This document shows, piece after piece, positions 48,519 through 58,077 of a DNA stretch of 64,000 bases (its first letter is position 1; the number at the start of each line of letters is the position of its first letter). Both the position numbers and the translations under genes were made by a program. Below the pieces are notes generated by a model. That model ran no database searches. It was not told the DNA's origin and worked only from the letters and a program-made list of their open reading frames with translations. Origin of the DNA: Candidatus Berkelbacteria bacterium (GTDB taxonomy: Bacteria; Patescibacteriota; UBA1384; 2-12-FULL-50-11); the NCBI GenBank assembly GCA_016213365.1, contig JACRAP010000023.1:15871-79870 (forward strand). The letters run 5' to 3'.

Positions 48519-50213
48519 CTACCTTAACTTATAATAATTTGCCATCCAGTTTGCGATTCTTTCAAAAGTTGGGGCAACGAAAGCGCTGGCAAATTGCGCG
48601 GTTTTTGGGCTATCGATCCGGACTACCATTACGTATTTTGGATCTTCTACCGGAAAGAAGCCAGCAAATGTTCCGATATATTTGTTTTTATAGTATCCGC
48701 CATCAGGCGACGGGATTTGAGCAGTACCAGTTTTACCAGCAACTGTTACCCCAGGCACACTAACACGCTTTTTCCCAAAATTTTCAATCACCGCTTTAAG
48801 CATCTGTTTTATTTCAGCGCTAACTTCTTTTGAAATAATTTGCTCACCAGATGTTTTACGTTCTATCACAATTTCTTTCCCGTTTTGAATCGTACTTTGT
48901 ACAATATACGGATTTACACTTATGCCTCCGTTGGCAAGCGTGCTATACATTTTTGCAAGCTGTACAACAGTCGCCGAGATTCCTTGGCCGAAGGCGGCAG
49001 TCGAGCGCAGTAAATCGTTCCATTCTTTTTCTGGCGGCAATCTACCCGATTGTTCGCCGATAATATCTATATTAGTCTTTGATCCTAAGCCAAATTTTTC
49101 AAAATACTCGCGTTCTTTTTTTGCTCCAATTAAACTACTTACCCATACCATCTGCACGTTGTCGGAGTTAACTAGCACTTCTGTCATCGTTTCGTTTCCA
49201 AATGCCTTGTCTTCTGCGTTGGTTATTTTATAACCCAAAACCTCAACCTCTGCGCCGGCGTTATGCTGTGTGTCTGATTTTACTAATTTCTCGTTTAGTG
49301 CCATCGACATTGTAATTGGCTTAATAACACTTCCTGGTTCGTAAATGTTACTAGCGGCACTAAGCAAGAATCTCGACTGCTCTTCGCCGCTTAATTTATT
49401 GTAATTGTTTGGATCAAACGTTGGTTGCGATGCCGCTGCGATGATCGCACCGGTTTTTGGGTCCATTACTAGTACCGATCCACGCTCGGCTTTAAAATCC
49501 TTAATTGTTTTTAACAATTCTTGCTCAACCACGTACTGCAAATTGTAGTCGATCGTTAATACGATATCGTTTCCGTTCACCGAGTCTCTGACTCCTAAAA
49601 TGCTAATTAATTTTCCAAAGGCGTCGTTTCTAACTGTTTCACTGCCGCTTTTACCGCTTAGCTCGTTATCGTAAATTGCCTCAACGCCGTATTTACCCTT
49701 GCCGTCTGCGCCCACAAAGCCCATTATTTGGGCCGCTATCTTATCTGCTTCTGGATACACCCTAACAACACGTGGCTGAAGGGTAACGCCTCGATAATCT
49801 TTTTCTTTAATTTTACTGGCTGTTTCGGTTGTTAAATTATCGAGAATCGCAGGCACATAAACTTTATCGTTATTAATTTTGCTATACACTTCCTCGATAT
49901 TTAATTGTGGCAAATCTTCTTTTAGTAGTTCAAGTAATTTTTTCTTATCCTTTACTGAGCGCGGAGTGATAAGTAACGAGTATTGCCACTCGCTTGCGGC
50001 TAAGGAGTAATATTTACCGTCACGATCTTTTGCTAAAATCTGCCCTCGCTGTGCCGGAGTTGCGCTAGTACTTATCGATTGTTCCTCTGCTTTTGAGGCG
50101 TAACTTTTATGATCTAAAACTTGTTTTTCAAACAGAAAAAACATATACAAACCACCGGCAAAAAAGAGCAGAGTGTAAATTGTAAATATTCTGTCAATCT
50201 TTGCCATAGGCAA
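48519..50213 (-). CDS. ftsI: Penicillin-binding protein FtsI-like (class B transpeptidase)
   Basis: N-terminal TM plus dimerisation domain; SxxK (SVIKP), SDN and KTGTA motifs. Confidence 0.9.
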   Translation of the reverse strand: MPMAKIDRIFTIYTLLFFAGGLYMFFLFEKQVLDHKSYASKAEEQSISTSATPAQRGQILAKDRDGKYYSLAASEWQYSLLITPRSVKDKKKLLELLKEDLPQLNIEEVYSKINNDKVYVPAILDNLTTETASKIKEKDYRGVTLQPRVVRVYPEADKIAAQIMGFVGADGKGKYGVEAIYDNELSGKSGSETVRNDAFGKLISILGVRDSVNGNDIVLTIDYNLQYVVEQELLKTIKDFKAERGSVLVMDPKTGAIIAAASQPTFDPNNYNKLSGEEQSRFLLSAASNIYEPGSVIKPITMSMALNEKLVKSDTQHNAGAEVEVLGYKITNAEDKAFGNETMTEVLVNSDNVQMVWVSSLIGAKKEREYFEKFGLGSKTNIDIIGEQSGRLPPEKEWNDLLRSTAAFGQGISATVVQLAKMYSTLANGGISVNPYIVQSTIQNGKEIVIERKTSGEQIISKEVSAEIKQMLKAVIENFGKKRVSVPGVTVAGKTGTAQIPSPDGGYYKNKYIGTFAGFFPVEDPKYVMVVRIDSPKTAQFASAFVAPTFERIANWMANYYKLR

Positions 50214-50215
50214 GA

Positions 50216-50542
50216 TTACTCAGTAACGGTAATTGTTTCAAGCGTGTCGCCGACGCTAACTAACCCCTGTTTGGTTGCCGATTCGCTAAGACGAGTTGTG
50301 CTTTGCAGTCTTGATGCATTTAGCTCGAGCGTTTTTAATTCTTTGTTTAATTCAATTTTTTGATTCTCAATAACGTTTATTTCAATCTTTTTATCCGAGC
50401 CCTGTGCCGCTTCGATTAAATACATCAACGTAAATAAACCGATAAATAAAATTATCACGTAACGGGCAGTCGTTGGACCGATACTAAAAACGCTACCTGA
50501 TTTATAGATTCCTCTGCGATATTGATTTCTTTGAAATTGCAT
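50216..50542 (-). CDS. ftsL: FtsL-like cell-division protein
   Basis: Small single-TM coiled-coil protein between rsmH and ftsI. Confidence 0.6.
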   Translation of the reverse strand: MQFQRNQYRRGIYKSGSVFSIGPTTARYVIILFIGLFTLMYLIEAAQGSDKKIEINVIENQKIELNKELKTLELNASRLQSTTRLSESATKQGLVSVGDTLETITVTE

Positions 50543-50593
50543 TAACCTCCTACTTATTTATAAGGAAATTTCTAAATTGGTTCAGAAATCTCA

Positions 50594-51430
50594 TTACAAA
50601 TTTATGCTAACGCGTAACTTTGCGCTTCTACTGCTTGGATTTACTTGAATCTCTTGCAGTGTTGGTGTAACTGGTTTTTTAGTTACCACTTTCATCTGCT
50701 CTTTCATAAAATTTTTAACGATTCGGTCTTCGATCGAGTGAAAGCTTATTACCGCTAGCACCCCGCCGACTTTCAGGCATTTTTTAATCTCTCTTAAGCC
50801 GAATTTTAAGTGATCGAGTTCGTCGTTTACTTGAATTCGAAGCCCCTGAAACAATCTGGACAACACCGCTGGTTCACTGGTGCCGATAATCTCAACGAAA
50901 TCGCCGACCGTCTTGATCGCTTTTTCTCTTCTTGATGCAGTGATTTTCGAAGCTAAGTGTTTTGCGTATCTGTCTTCGCTGTACTCGCGGAAAACTTTTT
51001 CAATCTGGCTTACGCTTGCTTGATTTAAAAACTGCCAAGCCGATTGCCCGCCATTTGCGTCGTAGCGTAAATCGAGTAGCTCATCGGTTTTTGTGTGGCT
51101 AAACCCTCGCCCTGATGAGTAAAGCTGATCGGTAGAAAATCCAAGGTCTAAAATCGCTCCGTCGAACTGTTTCTCAAGATCTTCAACTTCTAGATAGCTA
51201 AGCGGGAAGAAATGAAAGTTTTTTGACTTTAAGGTTTTGGCAAAGCGAATTGCGGTCGGATCACGATCGAGCGCGTACAAGTGACCCTTCGGACCAAGCC
51301 GTTCCAAAATCGCTCTACTATGTCCGCCACCACCGAAAGTTCCATCTAGATAATTTCCGTCTTTTTTAATTTCAAGGAAATTAATTATTTCGGAAACTAA
51401 TATGCTCTTATGTTTTGACAATTCTTCCAT
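50594..51430 (-). CDS. rsmH: 16S rRNA (cytosine1402-N4)-methyltransferase RsmH/MraW
   Basis: SAM-binding motif DGTFGGGGHS. Confidence 0.9.
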   Translation of the reverse strand: MEELSKHKSILVSEIINFLEIKKDGNYLDGTFGGGGHSRAILERLGPKGHLYALDRDPTAIRFAKTLKSKNFHFFPLSYLEVEDLEKQFDGAILDLGFSTDQLYSSGRGFSHTKTDELLDLRYDANGGQSAWQFLNQASVSQIEKVFREYSEDRYAKHLASKITASRREKAIKTVGDFVEIIGTSEPAVLSRLFQGLRIQVNDELDHLKFGLREIKKCLKVGGVLAVISFHSIEDRIVKNFMKEQMKVVTKKPVTPTLQEIQVNPSSRSAKLRVSINL

Positions 51431-51798
51431 AGTTTTATCTTCTTGATGATTTTATGCTTTATTTAAGCTGTTTATGTACAAATATGTTGGCCAAACGGCA
51501 GGGGGACTTCAAGTGCGGCTGGCTGCCGGGCGTGGAGTCCTCGCAAATTACTAAGCTTAGACAAATCCCAACAGCTCCATCCCTTATTCAGGGCACTGCA
51601 CCTACTCCATGAAATAAAATTTCAATAACCAGATGTCAGAAACCCGCATAGAGGTTCCCCCACCGCTGGTACCAAAAGTGTTGGAATACTGGGGCGCAAG
51701 CGCCAAAGTATTAATTTTCGTATTCGCGAAATACTGCGTTACTGCGCTGACACTGCGAAATACAAAATTTAGTGCTCTAAAAATTAAAGCGACTATCA

Positions 51799-52230
51799 TT
51801 ATATTCCCCACTCTCCTAAACCTTCGGCGTTCTTTTCGGAATTCTCTTCGGCGGCTTTACTATATTTCTCCCACGCTTGCGGCTCCCAAATTTCAACCCT
51901 GTTAAATACGCCGGCAACAACCGACTCGTTTTTGATTCCTGCATATTCTCGTAAATAAGAAGGTAATAAGGCGCGTCCTTGTTTATCGATCTCTACTTCC
52001 ATCGCACCGCTAAGCATCATTCGGGCAAAAGCACGAGCGTTCGGATTGGTGATTGGTAGTGATGCGAGTTTATTTGCCATTACTTCCCATTCGCCTTTAG
52101 GGTACAAGAACAGGCACGAGTCTAGTCCTCGTGTAACAATCGCCGACGATCCCAAGTCGCTGCGAAACTTCACCGGTACCGACATTCGGCCTTTGGCGTC
52201 TAAGCTGTGTTTGTACTCTCCTAGAAACAT
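51799..52230 (-). CDS. mraZ: Transcriptional regulator MraZ
   Basis: MFLGEYKHSLDAKGRMSVPVKFR and a second DxxxR repeat. 143 aa. Confidence 0.9.
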   Translation of the reverse strand: MFLGEYKHSLDAKGRMSVPVKFRSDLGSSAIVTRGLDSCLFLYPKGEWEVMANKLASLPITNPNARAFARMMLSGAMEVEIDKQGRALLPSYLREYAGIKNESVVAGVFNRVEIWEPQAWEKYSKAAEENSEKNAEGLGEWGI

Positions 52231-52318
52231 CGATTTTTGTTGTTGTTTTTGTTTGTTTATATATTGCGTCGATCATTGGTTGGCTTCCCCTCGGAGCCGT
52301 GCTAGCAGTGAAGTTTTT

Positions 52319-52364
52319 CCACAAGGTTTTCCACTTTTCCCCACTTTTTTCCACTTCTCTCCAC
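52319..52364 (-). promoter_or_regulatory. Candidate MraZ operator: five direct GTGG(A/G)RAA repeats with 10-12 bp periodicity, about 90-135 nt upstream of mraZ
   Basis: Minus-strand sense gtggagagaa gtggaaaaaa gtggggaaaa gtggaaaacctt gtggaaaaa. MraZ is known to bind GTGG-type direct repeats upstream of its own gene. Confidence 0.5.
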
Positions 52365-52397
52365 TTGCTGGAATTACAATATGTTCATTTAAGATGC

Positions 52398-52428
52398 TTG
52401 TCAAGTACTTTATTTTTAGGTGTATAAT
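52398..52428 (+). promoter_or_regulatory. Sigma-70-like promoter (TTGTCA, 19-nt spacer, TATAAT, with TG immediately upstream) driving the small gene at 52481
   Basis: cttgtcaagtactttatttttaggtgtataat; divergent from mraZ. Confidence 0.4.
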
Positions 52429-52480
52429 TAACCCACGTTTCTCAGCGTTGAGGGGCGAATTTACTCAAAGGAGAGTAAGA

Positions 52481-52678
52481 ATGGAAGGGAACTTGTCGGA
52501 ACGGCAGCAAATACTTGCGCTCAAAAGGGCCGATCAGAAGCTCGATGATGCGCTTAGACAGATGGCTGTGCGTGCCATCCGAAACTTGCCCCCAGAACAC
52601 AGGCTAAAGGAAGCGAATTTCTGGGATACGTTTCATCCGGTAACGGACTGTGGGACAACTGGTCAAGGACGACATTAA
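52481..52678 (+). CDS. Small GC-rich ORF (65 aa) with a strong RBS, or alternatively a small structured RNA
   Basis: GGAGAG, 7 nt, then ATG. About 52% GC against a 38% background. Followed by the hairpin gcggccccgataaggggccgc. Confidence 0.35.
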   Translation: MEGNLSERQQILALKRADQKLDDALRQMAVRAIRNLPPEHRLKEANFWDTFHPVTDCGTTGQGRH

Positions 52679-52681
52679 ACC

Positions 52682-52702
52682 GCGGCCCCGATAAGGGGCC
52701 GC
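52682..52702 (+). terminator. GC-rich stem-loop 3' of the small ORF (no clear U-run)
   Basis: gcggcccc-gataa-ggggccgc: an 8-bp perfect stem. Confidence 0.35.
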
Positions 52703-52728
52703 TGAATTAATAGTGTATATTTGATTTA

Positions 52729-53058
52729 ATGGATAAATTATCAAGTGGTAAATGCGTTCCGTGTGAGGGCGGAGTTCCGCCGATCGAAGGCGAGCGACTA
52801 ACCGAGTTAAAAAATCAGCTCGACCAAGAAGCGCCCGGTTGGGAGTTATCCGATCCAAAACATTTACAAAAGACCTATAAATTCGCCGATTTTAAAACGG
52901 CGCTGGAGTTTGTTAATAAAATAGGCGAAATTGCCGAGCAAGAAGGACATCATCCAAATATTGAATTCGGTTGGGGGTTTGTGAGAGTTTTGCTTTGGAC
53001 GCACGCAATCAACGGCTTAAGTGACAACGACTTTATTTTAGCTGCTAAGTTAGAGTAA
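52729..53058 (+). CDS. phhB: Pterin-4-alpha-carbinolamine dehydratase (PCD/DCoH)
   Basis: EQEGHHPNIEFGWGFVRVLLWTHA matches the PCD signature E-x3-H-H-P-x5-W-x12-H. Confidence 0.85.
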   Translation: MDKLSSGKCVPCEGGVPPIEGERLTELKNQLDQEAPGWELSDPKHLQKTYKFADFKTALEFVNKIGEIAEQEGHHPNIEFGWGFVRVLLWTHAINGLSDNDFILAAKLE

Positions 53059-54361
53059 CTCTTTTTTGCTCCATACTGTCACGATCGCGTGCGGTGACGG
53101 TGCCTTTGTGCTGGCCGTCTTCTATAGTTTCAAAATCAACGGTGTAACAGACCGGCGTACCGATCTCGTCTTGGCGGCGATACCTTCGACCGATCGAACC
53201 GGATTCGTCGTAGAAAACGTTTTTGCCATCGGCGCGTAATTTATCCACTAATTCTTTGGCAAATTTCTGAAGCGGTTCTTTTTTAATTAACGGCAGTACG
53301 GCTGCGTCGTAGGCAGCGATTCGCTGATCGACGCTTAACATTACCTCTAAATCGTTTGGATCGGCCGACTTATCGGCATTGCCGCTACGACCGTTCTTAA
53401 AGTCTTGCCAAGCGTCTAGCAGTAAGACCAGTAGCGCCCGGTCTAAACCGGCGGCTGGCTCGATTACCCATGGAATAAATTTTTCTTTTGTTGTCTCGTC
53501 GAACACCGACATATCTTTTCCGGAATGTTTTTGATGTTGCGTTAAATCAAAATCTCCCCGGTTGGCGATACCTTCAAGCTCGCCCCAACCCCACGGATAC
53601 TTGTATTCAATATCGGTTGTACCCTTAGAGTAATGCGCTAGCGCTGATTTCGGGTGCTTCACTAACTTTAAGTTCTCTTTTTTTATGCCCAAATTGATAT
53701 ACCAATTCAACCGTTCGTTTACCCAAAATTCAAACCATTTATCCGCTTCATCTGGGCGCACGAAGAACTCCATTTCCATCTGTTCGAACTCGCGAGTTCT
53801 AAACGTAAAATTCCCCGGGGTTATTTCGTTACGAAAACTTTTTCCGACTTGGGCAATGCCAAATGGAATTTTTTGCCTTGATGTTTCAAAAACTTGTTTA
53901 AAATTAATAAAAATTCCCTGACAAGTTTCTGGGCGCAAATACGCAACCGAGGCATCTTCTTCAACCGGACCGATTGAAGTTTTGAACATTAAGTTAAAAT
54001 TTTTTACTTCCCCAACTGGATTGCCATCTGGACTTTTAGTTGGATCTTCTAAATGATCGGCGCGATATCTTTTGTGTGTTACCAAATCTTCAACCAACGG
54101 ATCAGTAAAATTCTCGGTATGCCCCGCCGCCTCCCAAACTTTAGGATTTAAAATAATTGCTGAATCCAATCCCACGATATCGTCGCGCGACTGGACCATC
54201 GTTCGCCACCAGTGGGCGCGAAGTTTATTTTTCATCTCAACGCCGATAGAACCGTAATCGTAAGAATTACTTAAGCCGCCGTAAATTTCTGAAGAAGCAA
54301 AAATAACGCCGCGACGCTTCGCCCAAGCTACAAATTCCTGCATTTTATCTTGCGTAACCAT
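53045..54361 (-). CDS. glyQS: Glycyl-tRNA synthetase (dimeric class II GlyQS type)
   Basis: N-terminus MVTQDKMQEFVAWAKRRGVIFASSEIYGGLSNSYDYGSIGVEMKN, class II motifs, and a C-terminal anticodon-binding domain. Confidence 0.9.
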   Translation of the reverse strand: MVTQDKMQEFVAWAKRRGVIFASSEIYGGLSNSYDYGSIGVEMKNKLRAHWWRTMVQSRDDIVGLDSAIILNPKVWEAAGHTENFTDPLVEDLVTHKRYRADHLEDPTKSPDGNPVGEVKNFNLMFKTSIGPVEEDASVAYLRPETCQGIFINFKQVFETSRQKIPFGIAQVGKSFRNEITPGNFTFRTREFEQMEMEFFVRPDEADKWFEFWVNERLNWYINLGIKKENLKLVKHPKSALAHYSKGTTDIEYKYPWGWGELEGIANRGDFDLTQHQKHSGKDMSVFDETTKEKFIPWVIEPAAGLDRALLVLLLDAWQDFKNGRSGNADKSADPNDLEVMLSVDQRIAAYDAAVLPLIKKEPLQKFAKELVDKLRADGKNVFYDESGSIGRRYRRQDEIGTPVCYTVDFETIEDGQHKGTVTARDRDSMEQKRVTLT

Positions 54362-54396
54362 ACGCTAAGTTTAATGGAAATTAACTTAAGATGGAA

Positions 54397-55293
54397 CTAC
54401 TGATAGTAATCTAGTATTATCGCGACGTATTGATTTAAATACTGCGAAATTGTGCCAGAAGTATTTAAGCCAAAGTACATTACCGCACTTAGCAACAAGA
54501 AAATAAATAGAATAAATTTAAAGAATCCTTTGCCTTTTAAAAATAGTGCTAGTAGAAAACCTAAACCAGTTAACGCAAAACTTGCTAAAAAGCCAATCGT
54601 ATTAATTGCAAGGTATAACGAGCTGTCTAAATAATCTCGGTACAACGGAGCGGCAAGCATTATTAAAAGCATAATAATTCCCGTGGAGCCGACCACTTCG
54701 CCAATTACGCCAATTACCGATTGTTGTGGCTCGTTCTTCGGTTCATCGTAAAATTTATTTTGGTTTGGGCCGCTGGTATCTACCCCAAGCGGTGTTTTTG
54801 AGACTTGCGGATAAATTCCGGCAAGCGAATCGTGATTTGTTGGTTTAGCGTTATTAATCGGCACTTTATGTTCTTGATCTTGTTTATTTTGAGTTGGAAT
54901 TGGTTGCTCGTTTTGGACGGGAGCTTGAGTAGCGGTCTCTGTGACTGGTTGTGTAGCTTCGTTATGGACTATTGGCTGAACTAATGTTTGTGGTTGCACC
55001 GCAGACACTTGTGTTGGCGAAGGAACTTCGGTAGTAACTGGGGTAATTACTTCAACGGGCGCAGGGGGCGTACTTGGGATTTGGCTTGGTTGTTTTGAAG
55101 TCGCCTGCTCCACCTCTTCTTGAGTAATTATGAGCGGTTCTTCAGCGGTAGTTGGATCATAGTTTTGCACGGGATTATTATCGATCGGCAAATCGGTCGA
55201 CACAGCGTTAGTCGGCTCAGTAGTAGTTTGATTTGTCTGCGAATCTTCCATTACCCTCCTATTATTGATAGACCCTTGGCAGTATTGTGCCAA
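54397..55293 (-). CDS. Hypothetical membrane protein with a long Pro/Thr/Gln-rich N-terminal region
   Basis: Low-complexity PTQ-rich segment, then 3-4 TM helices; likely start at internal MEDSQ. Confidence 0.5.
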   Translation of the reverse strand: MAQYCQGSINNRRVMEDSQTNQTTTEPTNAVSTDLPIDNNPVQNYDPTTAEEPLIITQEEVEQATSKQPSQIPSTPPAPVEVITPVTTEVPSPTQVSAVQPQTLVQPIVHNEATQPVTETATQAPVQNEQPIPTQNKQDQEHKVPINNAKPTNHDSLAGIYPQVSKTPLGVDTSGPNQNKFYDEPKNEPQQSVIGVIGEVVGSTGIIMLLIMLAAPLYRDYLDSSLYLAINTIGFLASFALTGLGFLLALFLKGKGFFKFILFIFLLLSAVMYFGLNTSGTISQYLNQYVAIILDYYQ

Positions 55294-56410
55294 GTCTTGT
55301 TATAATCTCATGATGACGAATCCCGACGTCGCTGGCAAGTTCGGCAACTAATATTTGGGCTTCGCTGTCGTCGTTGGCTTTTTGTTTGCCGATAATTACA
55401 ACCTCGTCGCCGCGTTTACATTCAATATCGCTTAAGTCGAAAATTATATGATTCATACAAATCTGCCCTAAGACTGGGGTTTTTTTGCCGCGCACCAATA
55501 CATTCATTTTACCCTTGAAACATTGCGACAATCCATCGGCGTAACCGATATTTGCCACACCGATTGTCATATCTTTTTGGGCGATAAACAAATGACCGTA
55601 ACTTACGCCATCGCCTTTGTGAATTTTTTTAAGTTGCATTATCTGACTTTTTACTGAAAAACTCGGCTCTAAATTCGGCAATACACTGTCTACTCCGTAA
55701 AGAGCTAAGCCCAAACGGACCGCATCTAGATATCCCTGTTTAAAATGCCCAAGCGAATAACTACTGCAAAGATGCATCGGCAGTGGCTCAATTTTAGAGC
55801 TAACTTTTGAGATTAATTCTTGTAAGATTTGAAATTGTTTGGCGCTATCAACGCTACTAGACGCTTTATATAAATGCGAAAATATCGCTTCCGTTTTAAC
55901 GTGTTTATATCGATCCTGATTAAGCAAGAAATCTTCCGCTTCTTCAACGCTAAAACCAAGCCGGTTCAACCCCGTTTCAATTTTCAGTTGTACTCTAACG
56001 ACTTGATTAATCCGCTCGCCGATTCGCTCTATTTGGAGTAACTGTTCTTTGTCGTAAAGACTTATAATATAATTCGAGTCGATTGCGTCTAGAATCTCTT
56101 TATTATCTAAATAACCAAGTACTAATATATCCTTACTAGTTTGCGCGGCGACTTTGTCGGCTTCTTCGATAGTGTTAACGGCATAGGTTTTAATGCTTTC
56201 AAACGAATCGATTGTTTTTACGATTTCGGTAATCCCATGCCCGTAAGCGTCGCTTTTAACCACCGCTATAATATCAATTGATCTACCGATATTTTGCTCG
56301 ATAACTCTGATATTGCTTCGAACTGCACTTAAATTTATTTCGGCATAAGCTCTCATTTTAGATTGCGCTGTAATGTTGCCACGGCTTATTAAACCACTGG
56401 GTAATTTCAC
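55262..56410 (-). CDS. alr: Alanine racemase
   Basis: PLP-binding AVVKSDAYGHG motif. Confidence 0.9.
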   Translation of the reverse strand: MKLPSGLISRGNITAQSKMRAYAEINLSAVRSNIRVIEQNIGRSIDIIAVVKSDAYGHGITEIVKTIDSFESIKTYAVNTIEEADKVAAQTSKDILVLGYLDNKEILDAIDSNYIISLYDKEQLLQIERIGERINQVVRVQLKIETGLNRLGFSVEEAEDFLLNQDRYKHVKTEAIFSHLYKASSSVDSAKQFQILQELISKVSSKIEPLPMHLCSSYSLGHFKQGYLDAVRLGLALYGVDSVLPNLEPSFSVKSQIMQLKKIHKGDGVSYGHLFIAQKDMTIGVANIGYADGLSQCFKGKMNVLVRGKKTPVLGQICMNHIIFDLSDIECKRGDEVVIIGKQKANDDSEAQILVAELASDVGIRHHEIITRLGTILPRVYQ

Positions 56411-57098
56411 GCAGATAAACTTCTTCTACTTCTTTTGCTACTATATCAGGAATTTGCAGGCGTAAAACGTAATCAAATTTATTTTTATTTAAAACCTGGA
56501 TTACTTTAATCAAATTTTTAGAGATTTTTTTATACTGCAGTCGTTCGTGTAAACAACTATTACAAATAAATCTTCGATCGCTTAGAATTATCGCCGCGTC
56601 TTCTTGAATTTTTTTAGCGCAATTTAGGCAAGTAAAATCGGTTATCGAGATTCCAAGTTCATCGGTTAAGTTTGATAGAAAAGTCAGCCAAACGTTATTC
56701 CAGGCGTATTGTTCGTCTAAGCGTGTTAAGGCATCGAGCGTAAATTGAAAGATAGTTTGTTGGGATATATCTTCGAGGATCACTCGTTCAATTATTTTTG
56801 TAATCGCAAAGGACTTTTCAAGTAACGTGAAGCTAGAGCGAATATTATCGAAAGATTCCACTAGTTCGGCGCTGGTGATTTTTGGTAGATCGTCTTGTCT
56901 TGTAAGGATTAGTTGCGACACCATCATTGTATCCAAGTGACCGGCTAGTTTTGAGAGCGGTTTGCGGACCGCCCTTGCAACCACTCTTTTTTTACCAAAA
57001 ACAGGACTAAAAATTGTGATTATCCGATCTGTTTCACCTAAATTCTGTTTTTTTAAGATAATTGCCAGGGTTTTTTGCATACACAATATTCTAACCAT
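56358..57098 (-). CDS. recO: DNA repair protein RecO
   Basis: N-terminal OB fold (LAIILKKQNLGETDRIITIFSPVFGKKRVVARA) and a C-terminal C4 zinc finger (CLNC...CNSC). Confidence 0.8.
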   Translation of the reverse strand: MVRILCMQKTLAIILKKQNLGETDRIITIFSPVFGKKRVVARAVRKPLSKLAGHLDTMMVSQLILTRQDDLPKITSAELVESFDNIRSSFTLLEKSFAITKIIERVILEDISQQTIFQFTLDALTRLDEQYAWNNVWLTFLSNLTDELGISITDFTCLNCAKKIQEDAAIILSDRRFICNSCLHERLQYKKISKNLIKVIQVLNKNKFDYVLRLQIPDIVAKEVEEVYLREITQWFNKPWQHYSAI

Positions 57099-57122
57099 AA
57101 ATTAATCTGCTATGCTAATAAT

Positions 57123-57704
57123 ATGAAAAAGGGTTATACAATTATCGAGCTATTAGTAGTGATTTCTATCGCTGGAATTTTAATGAGTTTGGGCGCCTAT
57201 TCCTGGAATTCGGTGGCATCAAGATCGCGCGACAATACTCGTAAAACTGATCTTGAGCGGATAAAAACTGTTTTGGAACAGTACGCTAGCGATAATAGAA
57301 GTTATCCGAAAGTAAATACAGATAGTGGTATGAAATTAGTTGCCGAGTATCAACTAAATAACAGCTGTACTGGTTCAACTGAAGATAGTAGATTGTATCC
57401 AAAATACATTGCAATAATTCCTACCGACCCAAAAAAGAAAATCGAAAATTGTTCAGACGTAACTGTTACAGACCAACATGGCTATTATTTGTATTTGAGT
57501 TCCGGCGATCCATCACAACAAGGCAACGCAACCGGTTATGCATTAATGGCTACCCTGGAAAAAGAAACTGATAGGATTTCCGACAACAACAATCCGCTGA
57601 AAAATGGGTCTAATTTGTTAAATTATTCAGTTTATAAAAATAACGAAAGTGCTTTCGATCAAAATTATATAATTTTCGGCGGATTAAATCGAAGCTCAAA
57701 TTAG
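57123..57704 (+). CDS. Pilin-like protein (prepilin-type N-terminal cleavage/methylation domain)
   Basis: MKKGYTIIELLVVISIAGILMSLGAYSW. ORF 57075..57704; ATG at 57123. Confidence 0.7.
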   Translation: MKKGYTIIELLVVISIAGILMSLGAYSWNSVASRSRDNTRKTDLERIKTVLEQYASDNRSYPKVNTDSGMKLVAEYQLNNSCTGSTEDSRLYPKYIAIIPTDPKKKIENCSDVTVTDQHGYYLYLSSGDPSQQGNATGYALMATLEKETDRISDNNNPLKNGSNLLNYSVYKNNESAFDQNYIIFGGLNRSSN

Positions 57705-57934
57705 TTTTTGCCTGCTAATACAAACAGAAAAGCGCTGATTCCAACCGAGCCAAAGCCGCTCCAAAGTAGTATTGTACTTAAGTCGTAACCGGTATTTTCT
57801 ACGCTCCCGGCTTTTAAATCGCCACCGCCAATAACTGTTGTGGCGATAAGAATTACACCAAGAATAATAAATAAACTGGCGAAAATTATTTTTACTTGTC
57901 TGCTCATTGGCTTAATAATAGCAAAAAAAGCCAT
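57701..57934 (-). CDS. Small two-TM hypothetical membrane protein
   Basis: 77-aa ORF with two hydrophobic helices; weak support. Confidence 0.3.
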   Translation of the reverse strand: MAFFAIIKPMSRQVKIIFASLFIILGVILIATTVIGGGDLKAGSVENTGYDLSTILLWSGFGSVGISAFLFVLAGKN

Positions 57935-58077
57935 CGTTGGCTTATTTCTGTTTTTATTAATAGTGCGAGAAATGCATTCTCGAACGATTTTTTGGCGCTT
58001 TGCCTTATTATAGGCGTGACCAATCCTGCGAAGCGTTAAAGATTAGTGAGAGGATGTATTTTTCGCGCATTAAGTTC

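Noticed and set aside
52046-52678. A 210-aa plus-strand ORF spanning the mraZ 5' end through the small GC-rich gene.
   Set aside because: It runs antisense through mraZ and the operator repeats, has no RBS at its start and no recognisable domain. Only its last 65 codons, with their own promoter and RBS, are considered.
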